Positions 16,221 through 16,560 of a DNA stretch of 16,560 bases are shown in pieces. The notes below the pieces were generated by a model that ran no database searches, was not told the origin of the DNA, and worked only from the letters and a program-made list of their open reading frames with translations. Position 1 is the stretch's first letter; every line of letters starts with the position of its first letter. The stretch comes from Abditibacteriaceae bacterium (GTDB lineage Bacteria > Armatimonadota > Abditibacteriia > Abditibacteriales > Abditibacteriaceae): assembly GCA_031372065.1 (NCBI GenBank), contig JANMKN010000269.1, positions 1 through 16,560 on the forward strand, read 5' to 3'. The translations under genes and the position numbers were made by a program.

Positions 16221-16420
16221 TCAACCTTCGTTCCAAATTTCGCGCAACTCTGTCACGCGCAGTTTGAGCGGGTCTTTCGCACCGGTCGCGGCGCGGCGCG
16301 CGTTGTCGGCTTGATATTGCGCGGCGTAGGCGTAGCGATGCTCGTCGGTGTGGTTTTGCAGCGTGCGATGATAAAAGCTGCGGTCGAAAATGCACACGTC
16401 GCCCGCTTTCATGCCTTTTA
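16221..16420 (-). pseudogene. C-terminal part of a PhyH-family Fe(II)/2-oxoglutarate dioxygenase, interrupted by IS5
   Basis: KGMKAGDVCIFDRSFYHRTLQNHTDEHRYAYAAQY contains the 'kaGDv.ff....vH....N.s...R' motif. The reading frame runs into the IS end at 16421. Confidence 0.8.
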
Positions 16421-16560
16421 GAGTTCCTAAATAAAAGAATTACAAAGCGGCCAAACAGATGAGTGCGGCAGCAAAGGAGACGAGTCCCTTGTGAATATCG
16501 GAGCGCCTTTCGTCGCGGATGCGGATTTTTCGGTCATCATGCAACCAAGCAAACAAACGT
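16421..16560 (-). mobile_element. Right end of an IS5-family insertion sequence (continues beyond the window)
   Basis: Transposase C-terminus followed by an AT-rich terminus GAGTTCCTAAATAAAAG (16421-16437) abutting TTA (16418-16420). This fits the TWA/TA targets of the IS5 subgroups IS1031/IS427. Confidence 0.8.
16440..16559 (-). CDS. IS5-family DDE transposase, C-terminal 39 aa (5'-partial)
   Basis: Manual translation RLFAWLHDDRKIRIRDERRSDIHKGLVSFAAALICLAAL* matches the IS5 consensus ERtFAWL..fRrLriRyERr.dih.afl.lA.alI. Confidence 0.85.
   Translation of the reverse strand, partial: RLFAWLHDDRKIRIRDERRSDIHKGLVSFAAALICLAAL

Noticed and set aside
13309..16420. The two PhyH fragments as halves of one split or circularly permuted gene
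   Set aside because: Together they lack the central HxD region, and the C-terminal piece is explained by the IS insertion; two paralogues is simpler.

Overview
GC-rich bacterial DNA from a carbohydrate-utilisation region that is visibly decaying and reshuffled. The gene style suggests Armatimonadota/Abditibacteriota, which is inference only. Apparently intact genes are a 5'-partial beta-propeller protein, a lower-GC beta-propeller-like gene, a GntR-HTH/LacI-sensor regulator and two secreted right-handed beta-helix proteins. A large multidomain GH2-like glycoside hydrolase is split by one +1 frameshift at a CCC-CGA site. Between these lie many truncated genes: two diverged copies of a flavin oxidoreductase 3' end, a signal-peptide/oxidoreductase in-frame chimera, a WbsX/GH99-like C-terminal remnant, a PhyH N-terminus fused in frame to a beta-helix gene, and a PhyH C-terminus cut by an IS5-family element at the right edge (missed by the ORF track). 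The most notable structure is the lower-GC gene at 6718-8022, bracketed by two pairs of ~81-84% identical, synonymously diverged coding remnants. I see no rRNA, tRNA, CRISPR array or integrase, and I cannot claim a complete new system from this window alone.
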